Shown here: piece after piece, positions 12,886-26,372 of the stretch
How positions within the stretch are numbered: position 1 is the stretch's first letter
Layout: each line of letters starts with the position of its first letter
Source of the DNA: Octopus sinensis
Lineage: Eukaryota
Direction of reading: 5' to 3'
Length of the DNA stretch: 49,848 bases
Assembly (NCBI RefSeq): GCF_006345805.1
Contig: NW_021829890.1
Location: forward strand, 1-49,848
Made by a program: the position numbers and the translations under genes
Notes under the pieces: generated by a model
Seen by the model: the letters and a program-made list of their open reading frames with translations, nothing else
Databases searched by the model: none
Told to the model about the DNA's origin: nothing

Positions 12886-13281
12886 CTTTAGTAACCGAAT
12901 GGAGAATTCAAAACATCAGTGCTCATCTCTCAATAGCGTGGTTTATTCCAAATGCGAGTCCATTGCATAATTTACATGGTAACATGAACTGTTTTGCGAC
13001 ATTACAAACTTACATAACGTCAGCTAATAAGTTACGCAACAGACTCGTACAGTAATAAACCACGCTGTTGAAACACGTGTAATGATGCTCTGAAGAAGCT
13101 ATTTTCTTTGTTTACAACGATAAGTGTGTATGTGTTTGTATGTATGTATGTATGTATGTATGTATGTATGTATGCATGCAGGCATGTATATGAATGTGTG
13201 TGCGCGTTATGTGTGTGTGCATCATTACTTCTTACGTCTTGTATGTATGTGTGTATGTATGTATGAATGTATGTGAGTATG

Positions 13282-13313
<32 letters not shown>

Positions 13314-14289
13314 CGTGTGTGTGTGTGTCTATGTTCGTATGTACGTATGTATGTGTGTATGTATATATGTATATATATGCATACGTGTATGTATGTGTCT
13401 TCCTTTTTCCTCTCTGTATGTTCATTTACAAGAATTTCTCTTTCTTATGCCTTAACGGCGATTTCTTTGCCAATTACTTAGTTAAAGCAATTATTTCTTT
13501 ATAATTAATATTATAATTATATAATAATTATAAATAATTCTATAATAATATGATTATTATAATTAATATAATAGTTAATGCAAATCTTCGTAGTAGCAGT
13601 TTGATTTTCGCCGTTTGGTGGTGGTGGGGGGATTTTTGTTTCGTTTGTGGATTCCTGTACGTGGTAACACGCGCCAAATTATTTTCATTGTCGTAAGCCG
13701 CCATTTTCATGAACCAATAATCTACGTAGTTCCGTAATGAACTTCATAACCATGCGGCAATGCCTGCACCAATATTTATGTATGTGTGTGCGTACCTATG
13801 TATGTGTGTATGTGTGTAAATGTGTATATATATAGGTATATATGTACATATATATAAATATAGTGATACACGTACATTTATATAAATGTAGTTATACATG
13901 TATATCTGTATATATACATATATATAAATATAGTGATGCATGCATAAATAGACACATCTATACGTATGTATAGATACATGTATATACAGTACACATTTAT
14001 ATATATAGCCTGTAATTATGCGTGCATCTATATATGTATGTTTCTATACACGTACATATATACGCATATATACCAACACACAATATCCATATCATCATCA
14101 TAATCATCATCATCATTATTATCATGTGGCCTCTGTATACAAATTATACATTCTGATAGAAAACCCAGGAGATTATATACAGCAGACCGGTCTGTACACA
14201 TGGGAATTCACGAGTGTGTATACGTACGTATGTATAAAGATGTTTTGGTTGTATTTTAAATATTGCACACGTAACATGTGTATATAAGA

Positions 14290-14310
14290 TGTGTGCATAT
14301 ATATACATAT

Positions 14311-14356
<46 letters not shown>

Positions 14357-14434
14357 AAATACATATAATATACATATATATAGGTATATATGTCTATATA
14401 TATATATACATAATATGTTTGTATATATATATAT

Positions 14435-14514
<80 letters not shown>

Positions 14515-14908
14515 AGACGGGTAGGTCGCGTGTGGTAAAGAAATGGGATGTGAGAAACAAAAGAGAGCCAGGCAGCAGGTAGACGCAAACAAGGGCGCGT
14601 GTAGGTTGCATAGGTTATTTAAGAGTCACGTGGCATATTGTGGACGCTATCTTAATGTCACGTGACTGAGCGACGTCGTTGAAAATGTCATTAATGGAGG
14701 AGAATAAAGTTAAATGCATTTTTATCCCCTTGAGAACCGGTGGAACTTTAGTGAGAAGGTTCATACCGTAGTTTATATAATGGTGTGTGAGTGTTATATG
14801 TATATACATATACACACACACACATATATATATATATATAGATATAGATATATATATCCTTAAAAATGTTTTAGCCCGAACGCCGCGGCCAATACATACC
14901 TGCATATG

Positions 14909-14946
<38 letters not shown>

Positions 14947-14951
14947 ATGTA

Positions 14952-15005
<54 letters not shown>

Positions 15006-15084
15006 TTCATACATATATATACATAATGCAGATATAAATATATATATACATACCTGCATATGTATATATATGTAATATATATAG

Positions 15085-15116
<32 letters not shown>

Positions 15117-15185
15117 GATATTATAATATATACATAGATATAATACATATATAATACATATGCAGGTATGAATATATATATATAG
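14290..15185. repeat. (TA)n-rich tracts, partly duplicated locally
   Basis: Seen directly; tacatacctgcatatgtatat occurs twice. Confidence 0.9.
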
Positions 15186-15404
15186 CATAAGAAAGTGATG
15201 GGATCAATAGGCGGTATTCATCAGCTTTTAGACATTATATTATGTCAATATATTTATATATGTACTAAATTACAAGAATATACAAGAATTACAATTACAA
15301 GAATATACATACATGTATAACATATTATGCTTTACATATATAATATATAAAGATACTAGTAATTATCAAAATATATAACATACAGGAATAGAAATTGGGA
15401 AAAT

Positions 15405-15514
15405 ATCTTACAGCTGTTTCGGCCAAGAGGCAAAAATACCTCATTCTACCTTTATCCCTTTATTAGTAGATGAAATTGAGGTACTTGGGTGTTTCTCTAG
15501 GCTTTGTCAGAGAT
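15405..15514 (-). ncRNA. Degenerate type I hammerhead with long stem II
   Basis: Minus strand AUCU-CUGACAA-AGCC...GGCC-GAAA-CAGCUG-UA-AGAU; inner stem II pairing UACCUCA/UGAGGUA; core CUGACAA instead of CUGACGA. Confidence 0.6.
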
Positions 15515-16369
15515 TTTAGAAAGTACATAAGATTAAGTTATAAATATAAATACATACACATATACATACTTATACATATATGTTTATGTATATTCATGTA
15601 TACATATATACATACATAAAATGTACGTAAGTATGCATATTCGTCGAAAAAGAAACGCACGAGAGAAATCAATCGTTCCTGGTTATGTTTCGACTCATAC
15701 CATCATCATTAGCTCAACGAAATGAAATCAGAGAACTCATTATTGAATCATAGATTCAATGAAGTAATTCTACAAACAAGCATTAAGGGTTGTTTTACAA
15801 CACGGTTAAGTACACATACGCACGCACGCACAGAGGTTTCTATGAATGAATGTATATATATATAAATATATATACACATGTATATATGTATATATATATG
15901 TGTGTATATATATATATATATATACATGCATACATACTTATATTCTCCCCAAAAACATATACACACATACACGTATATACATACATATACACACACATAC
16001 AAATACACGAATACAATCACACACGCAGGCACACACACATATGTGTGTGTATTTGTGTGTGTGTGTGTATGTGTGTGTGTGTGAGTGCATGTGTTATTAC
16101 GTATGCGTAACTCTTGCTGTGTCTAACTTAAACCGGATCTAATTATTATATCAAAATGTAATTTAACACAAAGTAATTATAACACAATGTAATTAAAACA
16201 GAATGTAATTAGAAGAGAATGTAATTATGACAGATTTAATCAAACGGGAAGAGATAAAAATTCGTCTGTTGAGGTAAAAGGTCATATCTTGGTCACGAAT
16301 CGAAATATATCTAACAATGAAAGTATTGAAGTGTTGAGTAAAAAACACTGTGTTGTGTGCTGATTCCGG

Positions 16370-16860
16370 GAGTTCACCGTTGTTAACTATTCATTAACAC
16401 CGGTTAATCACTGTTGTTAATTGTTGTGCCAGGTATCCGCTATAGTTAATGCTAGATGTCCAGTGTTGTTAACTGTTAGTTGGCGCCAGTCGTTCATGGC
16501 TATTTCTTGATTGACGCTAAATGTTCACCGTTGTTAAGTGATGTCAGGTATTCACTGTTGTTAACTACTGATCTATGCCAGATGTTCACTGGTATTTGCT
16601 AATTGACAACAGAAGTTCACTCTTGTTAATTGTTGGTTGGAATTCAGATGTTTACTGTTGTCAACTGTTTACCGATGACAAATGTTATGATAGATGCCTG
16701 ACGTTCACTTTTGCTAACGGTCGATCGACTCCAGATGTTCATTGTTGCTGAATGTTGACTGATGCCAGATGTTTACTAATATTTGTTCATTGATGTCAGA
16801 TGCTCACTGTCGTTAAATCTTGATTACTGCTAGATGTTCGCAGGTAATTCAGTTGATCAA
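16370..16860. repeat. Degenerate ~35-bp minisatellite
   Basis: Recurrent gatgttcactgttgttaa-like motif. Confidence 0.7.
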
Positions 16861-17161
16861 ACAGTTGAACCCTCATTGGCGAAACTGGTGGAGATTCAGT
16901 TTAGAAAATGGGAGGAAACGGCAGTGCACCAAACTAAGTACTTTACTTACATTTTCCATTCGTCAAAACCGGTCGGCTGGGATTACCTTTTATATCATTC
17001 AAAGGTCGATAAATAAAGCACCAGTAACACTGGCAGTGTATTACGCTCTGTAATAAAATCAGTGGACTTGCACCGAACTAGTACCACAGCCAAAACATTA
17101 TTACCCACATCACCCACCCGGTCATCTTCCAGTAATGACTTCCTGTTATTTTAATTTCATT

Positions 17162-17381
17162 AGAAGATGGTGACTTAGCAGAATTATTAACACGCCAGAT
17201 TAAAAAGCATAGCGGCATTTCCTCCGGTTCTTTGTGAACTGAGTTCAAATCCTGTCGAGGTTGACTTTGCCTTTCATTCTTTCGGGGTCGATAAAATAAG
17301 TTCCAGTTGATCACTGGGGGTCGATATAATCGTCTTAACCCTGCCCCTGAAGTTGCTGGCCTTATGTCAAAATTTGAAGCG
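17162..17381 (+). mobile_element. SINE family A with 17-bp TSD
   Basis: gttattttaatttcatt at 17145-17161 and 17382-17398. Confidence 0.85.
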
Positions 17382-17611
17382 GTTATTTTAATTTCATTTA
17401 ACCCATTTTAACCCAGGTTAACCCTGTCGCAATTTTGAAGATAGTTATATAAATAGGGATAACAAGCATACGGAAGCGACCAGTTAACCTTGATTGCAGA
17501 AAATAAACCAAATACAAGTGTCCCCAAACGAGGACGGAGGATTAATATGAATTAAGGTGGAAAGTTGATAGAAACTTCAGCGAATCGGATAAAAGGCTTA
17601 TTGGTATTTCG

Positions 17612-17848
17612 TACTCTTTTACTCTTTTACTTGTTTCAGTCATTTGACTGTGGGCATGCTGGAGCACCGCATTTAGTCGAGAAAATCGATCCCGGGACTT
17701 ATTCTTTTGCAAGCCCAGTACTTATTCTATCGTTCTCTTCTGCCGAACCGTTAAGTAACGGGGACATAAACACACCAGCATTGGTTGTGAAGCAATGCTA
17801 GGGGGACAAACACAGACATCACAAACACACACATGCATATATATATAT

Positions 17849-17932
<84 letters not shown>

Positions 17933-18360
17933 TATTATATATATATATATATTATTACATATATATATATATATACATATATATAATACGACGGGCTTCT
18001 TTCAATCCACTCACAAGGCATTGGTCGGCCCGGGGCTATAGCAGAAGACAACTTGCCCAAGATGCCATGCAGTGAGACTGAACCCGGAACCATGTGGTTG
18101 GTAAACAAGCTACTTACCACACAGCCACTCCTGCGCTCTTCCATATTTTTTTATATTTCTTTTAGTAATTTGACTCCGGCCATGCTGGGGCACCGCCTTT
18201 AGTCGAACAAATCGACCCCATGACTATTCTTTGTAAGCCTAGTACTTATTCTATCGGTCACTTTTGCCGAACTGCTACGTTACGGGGACGTAAACACACC
18301 AACATCGGTTGTCAAACGATGATGGGGAAACAAATACAGACATACAAACACATACGCACA
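17612..18360 (-). mobile_element. Two family B SINEs (full 17612-18137; 3' half 18150-18360)
   Basis: Match the family B head and tail; expanded internal (TA)n at ~17838-17985. Confidence 0.85.
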
Positions 18361-18409
18361 CACGCACCACTTGTCTAAAACTGCTGACCTTGTGCGAAAA
18401 TTAGAAAGG

Positions 18410-18735
18410 AATCCCCGCCGTGGTCAACTTTACCTTTTATCATTTCGAGTTTGATAAATCACGTACCTGTTTAATATGGGATCGATGACATCGATTCTCC
18501 ACCCACAAAAAAATGTTCAGACCTTAGGCCTAAAATAGAAAGGATTATCACAAAATGCTTAGCGGTATTACATCCGGATGTAAGTTCTGAGTTCAAATCC
18601 CGCAAGCGTTAACTTTATTTTTTATTCTTTTGGGGCCGATAAAATAAGTACCAGTCAAGTACTGCGGTCGATGTAATCGACCTCGCCCTCCCATCAAAAT
18701 TTCTGGCCTTGTGCCAAAATACGGAAGAATTATTT
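18410..18735 (+). mobile_element. Two truncated family A SINEs in tandem
   Basis: Central domain and ggccttgtgccaaaat-type tail present twice. Confidence 0.65.
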
Positions 18736-19494
18736 TAATTTCATTTGATTCTTTTATTGCGATGTCTTCTCTGTAACCTTTAAGCGGCGACATCTTGTTG
18801 TCAAAGAGGCAAAGAATAAGCAGAAAGACAAACAATTGAATGGCAATACTTCAAAGTAAGCAGCAATGCAAATATGCAAAACTTCCACCGAAATTCAAGA
18901 CTTGACGCCACCAAACAGCAACAGGAATCTTGTCTTTTATATAGAATTTAGCAAATGCAGTATTTTCTCTTCGGTTGTTCTGGGAATTATCGGGAAGAAG
19001 AAAACAAGAAGAGAATACCAATACAAGAACAACATTTAGTTTTATCTTTTGAACATCTTCAACTTGGCCAGTTTCTGTCTCTGATGGAAAAAACAGCGCT
19101 TTTTTCCTGTCGCTGCTATTGTTGTTGTTGTTGTTGTTGTTGTTGCTGTTGTTGTTACTGCTGTTACTACTATTGTGAGACTTTTTGTTTTGTTTTTTTC
19201 CTGTTATGTGTGTGTGTTTGTTTTTACTGCCATTTCACTCTTCCGATTCTACTTTTCTGTTCTCTTAGCCTTCAGTGTCATTGCTGTCTAGATCTTCTGT
19301 TTTATGAGAAGTAAAAAAATAGATGTTTTTTTTTTTCTCAACGACATTAACGGTAAAACAAAAGATATATTTTATGAGATATTAAAAATGTGATGCTGTG
19401 AAGTTAATGCTAAAGAATAACAGATTCAACCGAGTATTGAAACCTCATGACTTACATCTACATCTATGGCGTTCGTCCCATGTTTATTATCGTT

Positions 19495-19871
19495 CTTTTA
19501 TATTCTGGGGAAGGAGGCCAGTGGATTAGATCGACCCCAGTACGCAACTGGTATTTAATTTATCGATCCCGAAAGGATGAAAGGTAAAGTCGACCGCGGC
19601 AGAATTTGAACTCAGAACGTAAAGACAGACGAAATATTTATTTCTTTACTGCCCACAAGGGTTTACACAACGAGGGGACAAACAAGGACAGACAAACGGA
19701 TTAAGTCGATTACATCGACCCCAGTACGTAACTGGTACTTAATTTATCGACCCCGAACGGATGAAAGGCAAAGTCGACCTCGCCGGAATTTGAACTCAGA
19801 ACGTATCGGCAGACGAAATATGGCTACGCATTTCGCCCGGCGTACTAACGTTTCTGCCATCTCGTCGCTTT
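19495..19871 (-). mobile_element. SINE family A dimer with 15-bp TSD
   Basis: atgtttattatcgtt at 19480-19494 and 19872-19886; internal Tx1-like tail near 19640. Confidence 0.88.
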
Positions 19872-20199
19872 ATGTTTATTATCGTTACTGTCAAAAGACC
19901 GATACATTGTCAAGGAATTAGAGCGTTGGCGAAGGGTTCTTTAAGCTCTAACTTCAAATCCCTCCAATGAAGAATTTTGCCTTTCAGTTGTGCTATGTTG
20001 TATGTATATTTTATTATTCATTAACTGATTAAGAGAAATTAGTATTTTTTCCTTTAATTATTTTCTCTAAGCTATAAAACTTATTACCTGTGGATTTTCT
20101 ATAATAGCCATTGAATTACATGTAAAATATTTAACAAAATGTAAAATTAAATAAGAGGTTCGCTAAACAACGTTTATAGTTCACGTGACGTCTGATCAT

Positions 20200-20330
20200 A
20201 TCCAGTGAGTCTATGTGACACAGCAGTGAATCTGCAAGTTACACCAGTAAGTCCGCAAGACACACCAGTGAGTCTGTGAAACACACTAGTGAATTTGTGT
20301 GACACACAAATGAGTCTGTGTAACGCAAGT
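20200..20330. repeat. ~21-bp minisatellite
   Basis: Repeated accagtgagtctgtga-like units. Confidence 0.75.
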
Positions 20331-20629
20331 CTAGAGCCAGCTCTCTTTCGAGTCAATATGCGTTAATCAGAGAAACACCTGCTATTTGAGTTATAACTAG
20401 AGCCCTACTACACGCCAGAGCGAGCCTGAGAATAGTGGTCATTAACTGGTGACTGCATACTTTCTAAAACACCCGACACGCCCAAGCTGGAGCCTCAAAC
20501 CCTAATGAAGCTTGATGTCTTACCAAAAAGTGAGGAGTATTCTCCTTAGAATATTATGAAATTTTAAATGACCGACAATTTAATATATTGGAAAAGGTGT
20601 CACAGATGGTGAATGATGTACCAAATTCC

Positions 20630-20800
20630 GGTTTCCAAACCAAAGTCCTAGCCATAGAAGTGGATGTGATAAGGTTTGTTGGCAAATGTTCTTATGGTCT
20701 CATAAAAATGGCTCGAATATCTTAACGATAAGGACCCAGAGGTCGTAAGGCAATGGCAGAAGCAGTTAAGAAGAGTTTCAACTGGATCTGGTAAAAGAGG
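20630..20800 (+). pseudogene. Relic C-terminus of an RLE-type (HERO-like) non-LTR retrotransposon
   Basis: One frame reads GFQTKVLAIEVDVIRFVGK...RKAMAEAVKKSFNWIW*KR, resembling the recalled VEVGCRGF...WLWLKR end of HERO ORFs. Confidence 0.55.
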
Positions 20801-21540
20801 AATTGAAGCGAATTTCTGAGAGTATCATTTACCCTACAGCCAACTGGAGTTTCAGTCTGAACTGGTTACAACCCACAAGGTACTTTGGCTCTGGGGTGCT
20901 TCCACCATCCAGGAGAGCTGCAATGAAAGCAGTAGCACAGAATATGGCAACTGAGGAGTATCCAGCTGTCATTACCTGAAAGTGACTTGACCCTCTTAGA
21001 GTGTAAGAGTTAAGGGCCAAAAACCTTGGATGAGTCGGGGGGGGCGTCTTCTCTGAAGCCTTCTTGCGTTCAGCCCCGCTTCAATGTCATACGACCTAAA
21101 TGGTGTCACGGATACTTAATGGTTCACCAAAATGAATTGCAATGATAAAACCGTTGATGGGCCATTCTCGGGAAAGTTCAAACGAAATAGGTTTCCAAAA
21201 ATGTTTAGAATGTCCAAGAAAGCCACTATAAACCTGTACAGGTGTGTTAAAATGGTTAATTTCCGACCAGATATTGATATTGGGACATTTTCTTCCGGAT
21301 CTACGCAGAGTTATCGTTAACACGAAACTTTTCGGCACGTACGTCACATCTATTTTTGTCACGCACGTCAGAATAGGTAAATGAGAATTGCGATCACAGA
21401 CAGGATCGTTCGGCGAGCTCATTAGAATTTTTTATTTCAATGTCTATGTAAAAGAACACCATAAAGCTTTTTATGGTGATCTCGAGAACTTCAGAGGAAC
21501 CAACGGTTAATATCTTCAGAGTTTTTTTCTTTCTTTTTTA

Positions 21541-21760
21541 AGGCGATAAGCTGACAGAATCGTTAGCACGCCGGACGAAATGCTTAGCGGCATTTCGTCC
21601 GTCTTTACGTTCTGAATCAAAACGCCACCGAGGTCGACTTTGATTTTATCCTTTCGGGGTCAATAAAGAATAAGTCCTGGGGTCGATTTGTTCGACTAAA
21701 GGCGGTGCTCCAGCATGACCGCAGTCAAATGAATGAAACAAATAAAAGAAATAAAAGAAG
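21541..21760 (+). mobile_element. Chimeric SINE: family A head and body with family B tail
   Basis: Switches at ggggtcaataaagaataagtcctggggtcgatttg into ...ggcggtgctccagcatgaccgcagtcaaatga. Confidence 0.75.
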
Positions 21761-21884
21761 TATTTTCCAGGTGCAAAAAAAAGATTTATTAAATAGTTAC
21801 CTAAGTAGTAAAACTTTACTGTGTATGATGGATCAATACAATTCTTGACAGTGTCCCAAATTTACTGTTTCAATACTTTTTTTT

Positions 21885-22575
21885 TTACGTTCTGAGTTCA
21901 AATTCCGCCGTGGTCGACTTTGGCTTTCATCTTTTCGGGGTCGATCTAATCGACTGGCCGCCTTCTCCAAAATTTTGGGTCTTATGCCTAGAGTAGAAAA
22001 CAATATTTTAAGGCGGCGAGCTGGCAGATACGTTAGCACGGCGGGCGAAATGCTTAGTGGTATTTCGTCTGCCTTTACGTTCTGTGTTCAAATTCCGCTG
22101 AGGTCGACTTTGCCTTTCAATCTTTGGGGGTCGATTAAATAAATACCAGTTACACACTGGTGTCGATATAATCGACTTAATCGTTTGTCTGTCCTTGTTT
22201 GTTCTCTCTGTGTTTAGCCCCTTGTGGGTAGTAAAGAAATAGGTATTTCGTTTGTATTTACGTTCTGAGTTCAAATTCTGCCGAATCGACGTTGCCTTTC
22301 ATCCTTTCGTGGTCAATTAAATAACTACCAGTTAAGCACTGGGGTCGATATAATCGACTTCATCCGTTTGTCTGTTTGCTCCCTGTGTGTGTAACCCCTT
22401 GTGGGCAGTAAAGAAACGTTAGCACGCCAGGCCGTATTTTGTCTTTATGTTCTGAGTTCAAATTCCTCCGCGGTCGACTTCGCCTTTCATCCTTTCGGGG
22501 TCGATAAATTAAGTACCAGTTGTGTACTGAGTTCGATTTAATCGTCTGGCCGCCTCCCCGAAAGTATCAGGCCTT
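21885..22575 (+). mobile_element. Truncated family A SINE followed by a family A trimer (22010-22575)
   Basis: Head at 22010; Tx1-like tails ending ~22240 and ~22416; alternative tail last. Confidence 0.85.
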
Positions 22576-23011
22576 TTTATTAACTTGTGTGTCTGACTGT
22601 CACGTACGACACTTGAAAACGGCCCTAAAGTGGAACAATTAATAGCGTTTTATTAGAGCGATGGGGAGGCTGATGCGCCCGCTTCCTTACCCCTTACACT
22701 CCAGTATACATTAAGCTGGGGTAGGTAGAGAAGGCAGAAGACAGATGAAAGTGTGTCAAAGGAGGATGGGGGCAAAGGGTAGATCCAAACCAGACAAACT
22801 AGGTCACTATCAACAACATGCCTCTACGTTCTGATGTAATTATTTCAAATAACACGCCATAATACGGTCACTGTCACATTCTTATTCCTTCTCATCTTCT
22901 CCCTGCCTCTCTGCCTTCCTCTCTCACTCTCTCCCCTTTTCTCCCTATCTTTTTCTCTCACTCTTCCCCCTCTCTCTGTATCTCTCTATTTATATATATA
23001 TATATATATAG

Positions 23012-23046
<35 letters not shown>

Positions 23047-23401
23047 ATACATATATGTATGTATATGTATTTTATATGCATATATATATATATCTGTGCG
23101 TGTGTATATACGTACGTGTATGTATGTATATATGCGTGGGGGGGGGCAAACTTGGCTGTGTGGTAATATTCTTGCTTGTCAGCTACATGCTTCCGGGTTC
23201 AGTCCCAATGCTTGGCATCTGCGGCAACCGTCCTCTGTTATTGACCTAGGCTGACCAAAGGTAGTCTGAAACTGGGAGAACCCTGTCGTATGTCCGCCTG
23301 GGCCCAACAAACTGGGTTCCTGTAATGAGCTTACAAAAGTTTACGTTGCACGATGAGGAATCTGAGTTTTTAATAATAATAATTATTATTATTATTTGTT
23401 G

Positions 23402-23465
<64 letters not shown>

Positions 23466-23494
23466 CTTACACTTGCCCAAGGTGATATGTAGTA

Positions 23495-23875
23495 TGATTA
23501 AATCCAATCACGTGGACCCGAGTTCAGTCCCACTGCGTGGAACCTTGAGCAAGTGTCTTCTACTATAGCCCCGCACTGACGAAGGCCTTGTATGTGGATT
23601 TGGTTGAAGAAATCAAAAAGAAGTCCATCGCATGCGTGTGTATGTGTGTGTATATGGGTTTGTGTGAGAGCGCGCTGTGTGTGTGTATCTGTATATATGT
23701 GTGTGTGCGCGCGTGTGTTTGCGTCCCCGGAACTTAACAGTTCGACAAAAGTTCTCGATGGAATAAGTAAATAAAAGTACTGAAGTCGCTTCATTCGATA
23801 AAATGTTCTTCAAGGCGGTGCTGCAGCATGGTCGTTGTCTAATGACTGACACAACTCAAAGATAAAAGATTAAAG
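23495..23875 (+). mobile_element. SINE family B, diverged
   Basis: gagttcagtcccactgcgtgg...ccttgagcaagtgtcttctactatagcc; tail aaggcggtgctgcagcatgg. Confidence 0.7.
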
Positions 23876-23878
23876 ACT

Positions 23879-23917
<39 letters not shown>

Positions 23918-23983
23918 AGGTATATATATATATATATATATATAGATATATATAATATACACATACATACATACATACATACA

Positions 23984-24014
<31 letters not shown>

Positions 24015-24039
24015 GTGTGCATATATATGTATCGTGAAG

Positions 24040-24318
24040 GTGGGTGGCTTAGAGGTTAGGGCGCGTGGCTTAGTGGTTAGGGTATTCGGCTCCAGATTGT
24101 AAGGTCATGAGTTCAATTCCTGGCGACGCGTTGTGTCCTTGAGCAAGACACTTTATTTCTCGTTATTCCAGTCCACTCAGCTGGCAAAAATGAATTGTAC
24201 CTGTATTTCGAAGGGCCAGCCCTGACACACTCTGTGTCACGCTGGATCTCCCCGAGAACTACGTTAAGGGTACACGTGTCTGTGGATACTCAGCCACTTG
24301 CACGTTAATTTCACGAGT
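24040..24318 (+). mobile_element. SINE family C with duplicated 5' end
   Basis: gtggcttagaggttagg followed by gtggcttagtggttagg; B box gagttcaattcc. Confidence 0.85.
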
Positions 24319-24719
24319 ATATATATATATTTGTGTGTATATATGTGTCTATGTATATATGTAAGTATGTAGGCACATGTGTGTGTATGTATGTAAGCAC
24401 ATACACGGTATGCATTTTCAAGATTGATACTGCCTAAATGCATTGTGGGTAATTACGTAATCTGGTCAAATGCAAAACTATTCAACATCAAATCCAAAGA
24501 CGATTTTGCATGAAAAAACTTTCCTGTTTGCTTTTTATGCTTTTTGTTTTGTTTTGTTTTTTTAATAAAACAAAATCGTCAAAGTGTGCCACAAAGAAAA
24601 ATTAAACAATTGTTTTATTTCGTATGAATAAAGTGAATCTGAAAAACAGCCATTTTAATCAAGTGTTTAAAAAGACAGGCGTTAATATTTAATGTTTGCA
24701 AACAACTTATATTAGAAGA

Positions 24720-24810
24720 GTTGAATGTATTCAAGTTAATCTCACAATGTAAGGGTTGAATGTATTCAAGTTAATCTCACAATGTAAGGGTTGAATGTAT
24801 TCAAGTTAAT
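24720..24810. repeat. Perfect 35-bp tandem repeat, ~2.6 copies
   Basis: gttgaatgtattcaagttaatctcacaatgtaagg at 24720, 24755 and partial at 24790. Confidence 0.95.
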
Positions 24811-25234
24811 TCTTGCTATTTTGATGAATTAAAACGGTCAAAAATCATCAACGTTGTAAAAAGATAATTTCGCACCAAGCGTTAAACGGGCGCCATTTTG
24901 TGGTTCTTATTATCAAATGTATTACCCTGTGATAACATGAACCAGTTTTGTTTTGGCTTTTTTATTATTTTTTGCTTAACACGTACGACCTTAGTTGTCA
25001 TTGAGTAGTTTATTGTTGTCTTGGCTAAGACATTAATCTTAATCCGATAGTAAGGCTCTATGTCGGAAGTTCACATGTTTGGGAAAATACGAAGTCACTC
25101 CTCGGTTACTACAACTCACAATTCCGCTGACATATGATGGTAGTTCCTGTTGGCTCTAGGTGTAGGTCAAATAGCAAAATCTGGAGCTGTGGCTTAAAGC
25201 AAAAAGGACTCGGTGTGAGACTGGCTCCTAGATA

Positions 25235-25450
25235 CGAGGGGGTGCTGAAAAGTTCCTGGTTTTGGGTAAAAGAAAATACAGGCAGATTAGTTAATTGTGA
25301 TTTTAATCAACATATTCCTCTCTCAGATTCACACACTTATTGCAGCGGTCCTTCAGCTTTTCTAAATCCTGTAAAAGAGCCCGGAAAGTTGGACCTCCAG
25401 CTAGGCCTTTCAAGATACCCTTAAAGCCAGGAGCTTTTCAGTACCCCTTG
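25235..25450. mobile_element. Tc1/mariner-type MITE
   Basis: TA|cgagggggtgctgaaaagttcctgg ... ccaggagcttttcagtaccccttg|TA: ~28-bp imperfect terminal inverted repeats, TA duplication, 216 bp, non-coding. Confidence 0.85.
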
Positions 25451-25711
25451 TATGTGTCGCAAAAACCCCATGATGAGTAGACATGTTCTCTTATCGCGTG
25501 AACCAGTCTTTCACCCTAAGATTTGAATAAACCCTGAGACTCAAAGGTATACTCAAGAGAACAGGAGACCAGCGGAGGAAACTCAAAATAAACCAACAGA
25601 AGGCAAAAGTACTCCATTTCTGGAACTCTCTCAGGGAAAATCAGGAATCTTAAGATTTTCGCATAGAGACCCATGATTACTGACGTTCGTAGATATGAAG
25701 CAAAACCGTGT

Positions 25712-25819
<108 letters not shown>

Positions 25820-25823
25820 CAGG

Positions 25824-25905
<82 letters not shown>

Positions 25906-26319
25906 CAGAGAATGTGAGGAGAAAGAGGGGAGAGAGATAGTTATTGGTGTGTCAAAGTCATTGTCGACACGCATAAATCCGGGTAAGCCTGAGTAATTGG
26001 ATAATAACAAAAGGAAAATGTTTTACTTAGAAATACTCTCGCAGGAATAACTGTAAATTATTCACTTTTTCAAGTGCTCAACTTCTAAGGGAATCTCAAA
26101 TATATTGTGTCGTTCCCCAGTATATTTAAATGTGTAACAGCACATTTATTTGGATAGTTTTATTGTTTAGTGTATTGTGAATTTGTATTGAACATTTTTG
26201 TGGTGATTCATTTGGACGTAGAAATGATGGTGACACTGAATGCAGAATGAGATATGATTGTGGTGATTGCTGATTGCCAAGAGACACACCCAGCGATTGG
26301 CTGCGTCAGTTACGGGAAG

Positions 26320-26337
26320 GATGATGATGACGACGAC

Positions 26338-26372
<35 letters not shown>

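Noticed and set aside
21085-21450. 108-aa ORF / possible DNA transposon remnant
   Set aside because: No recognisable domain and no terminal inverted repeats found.
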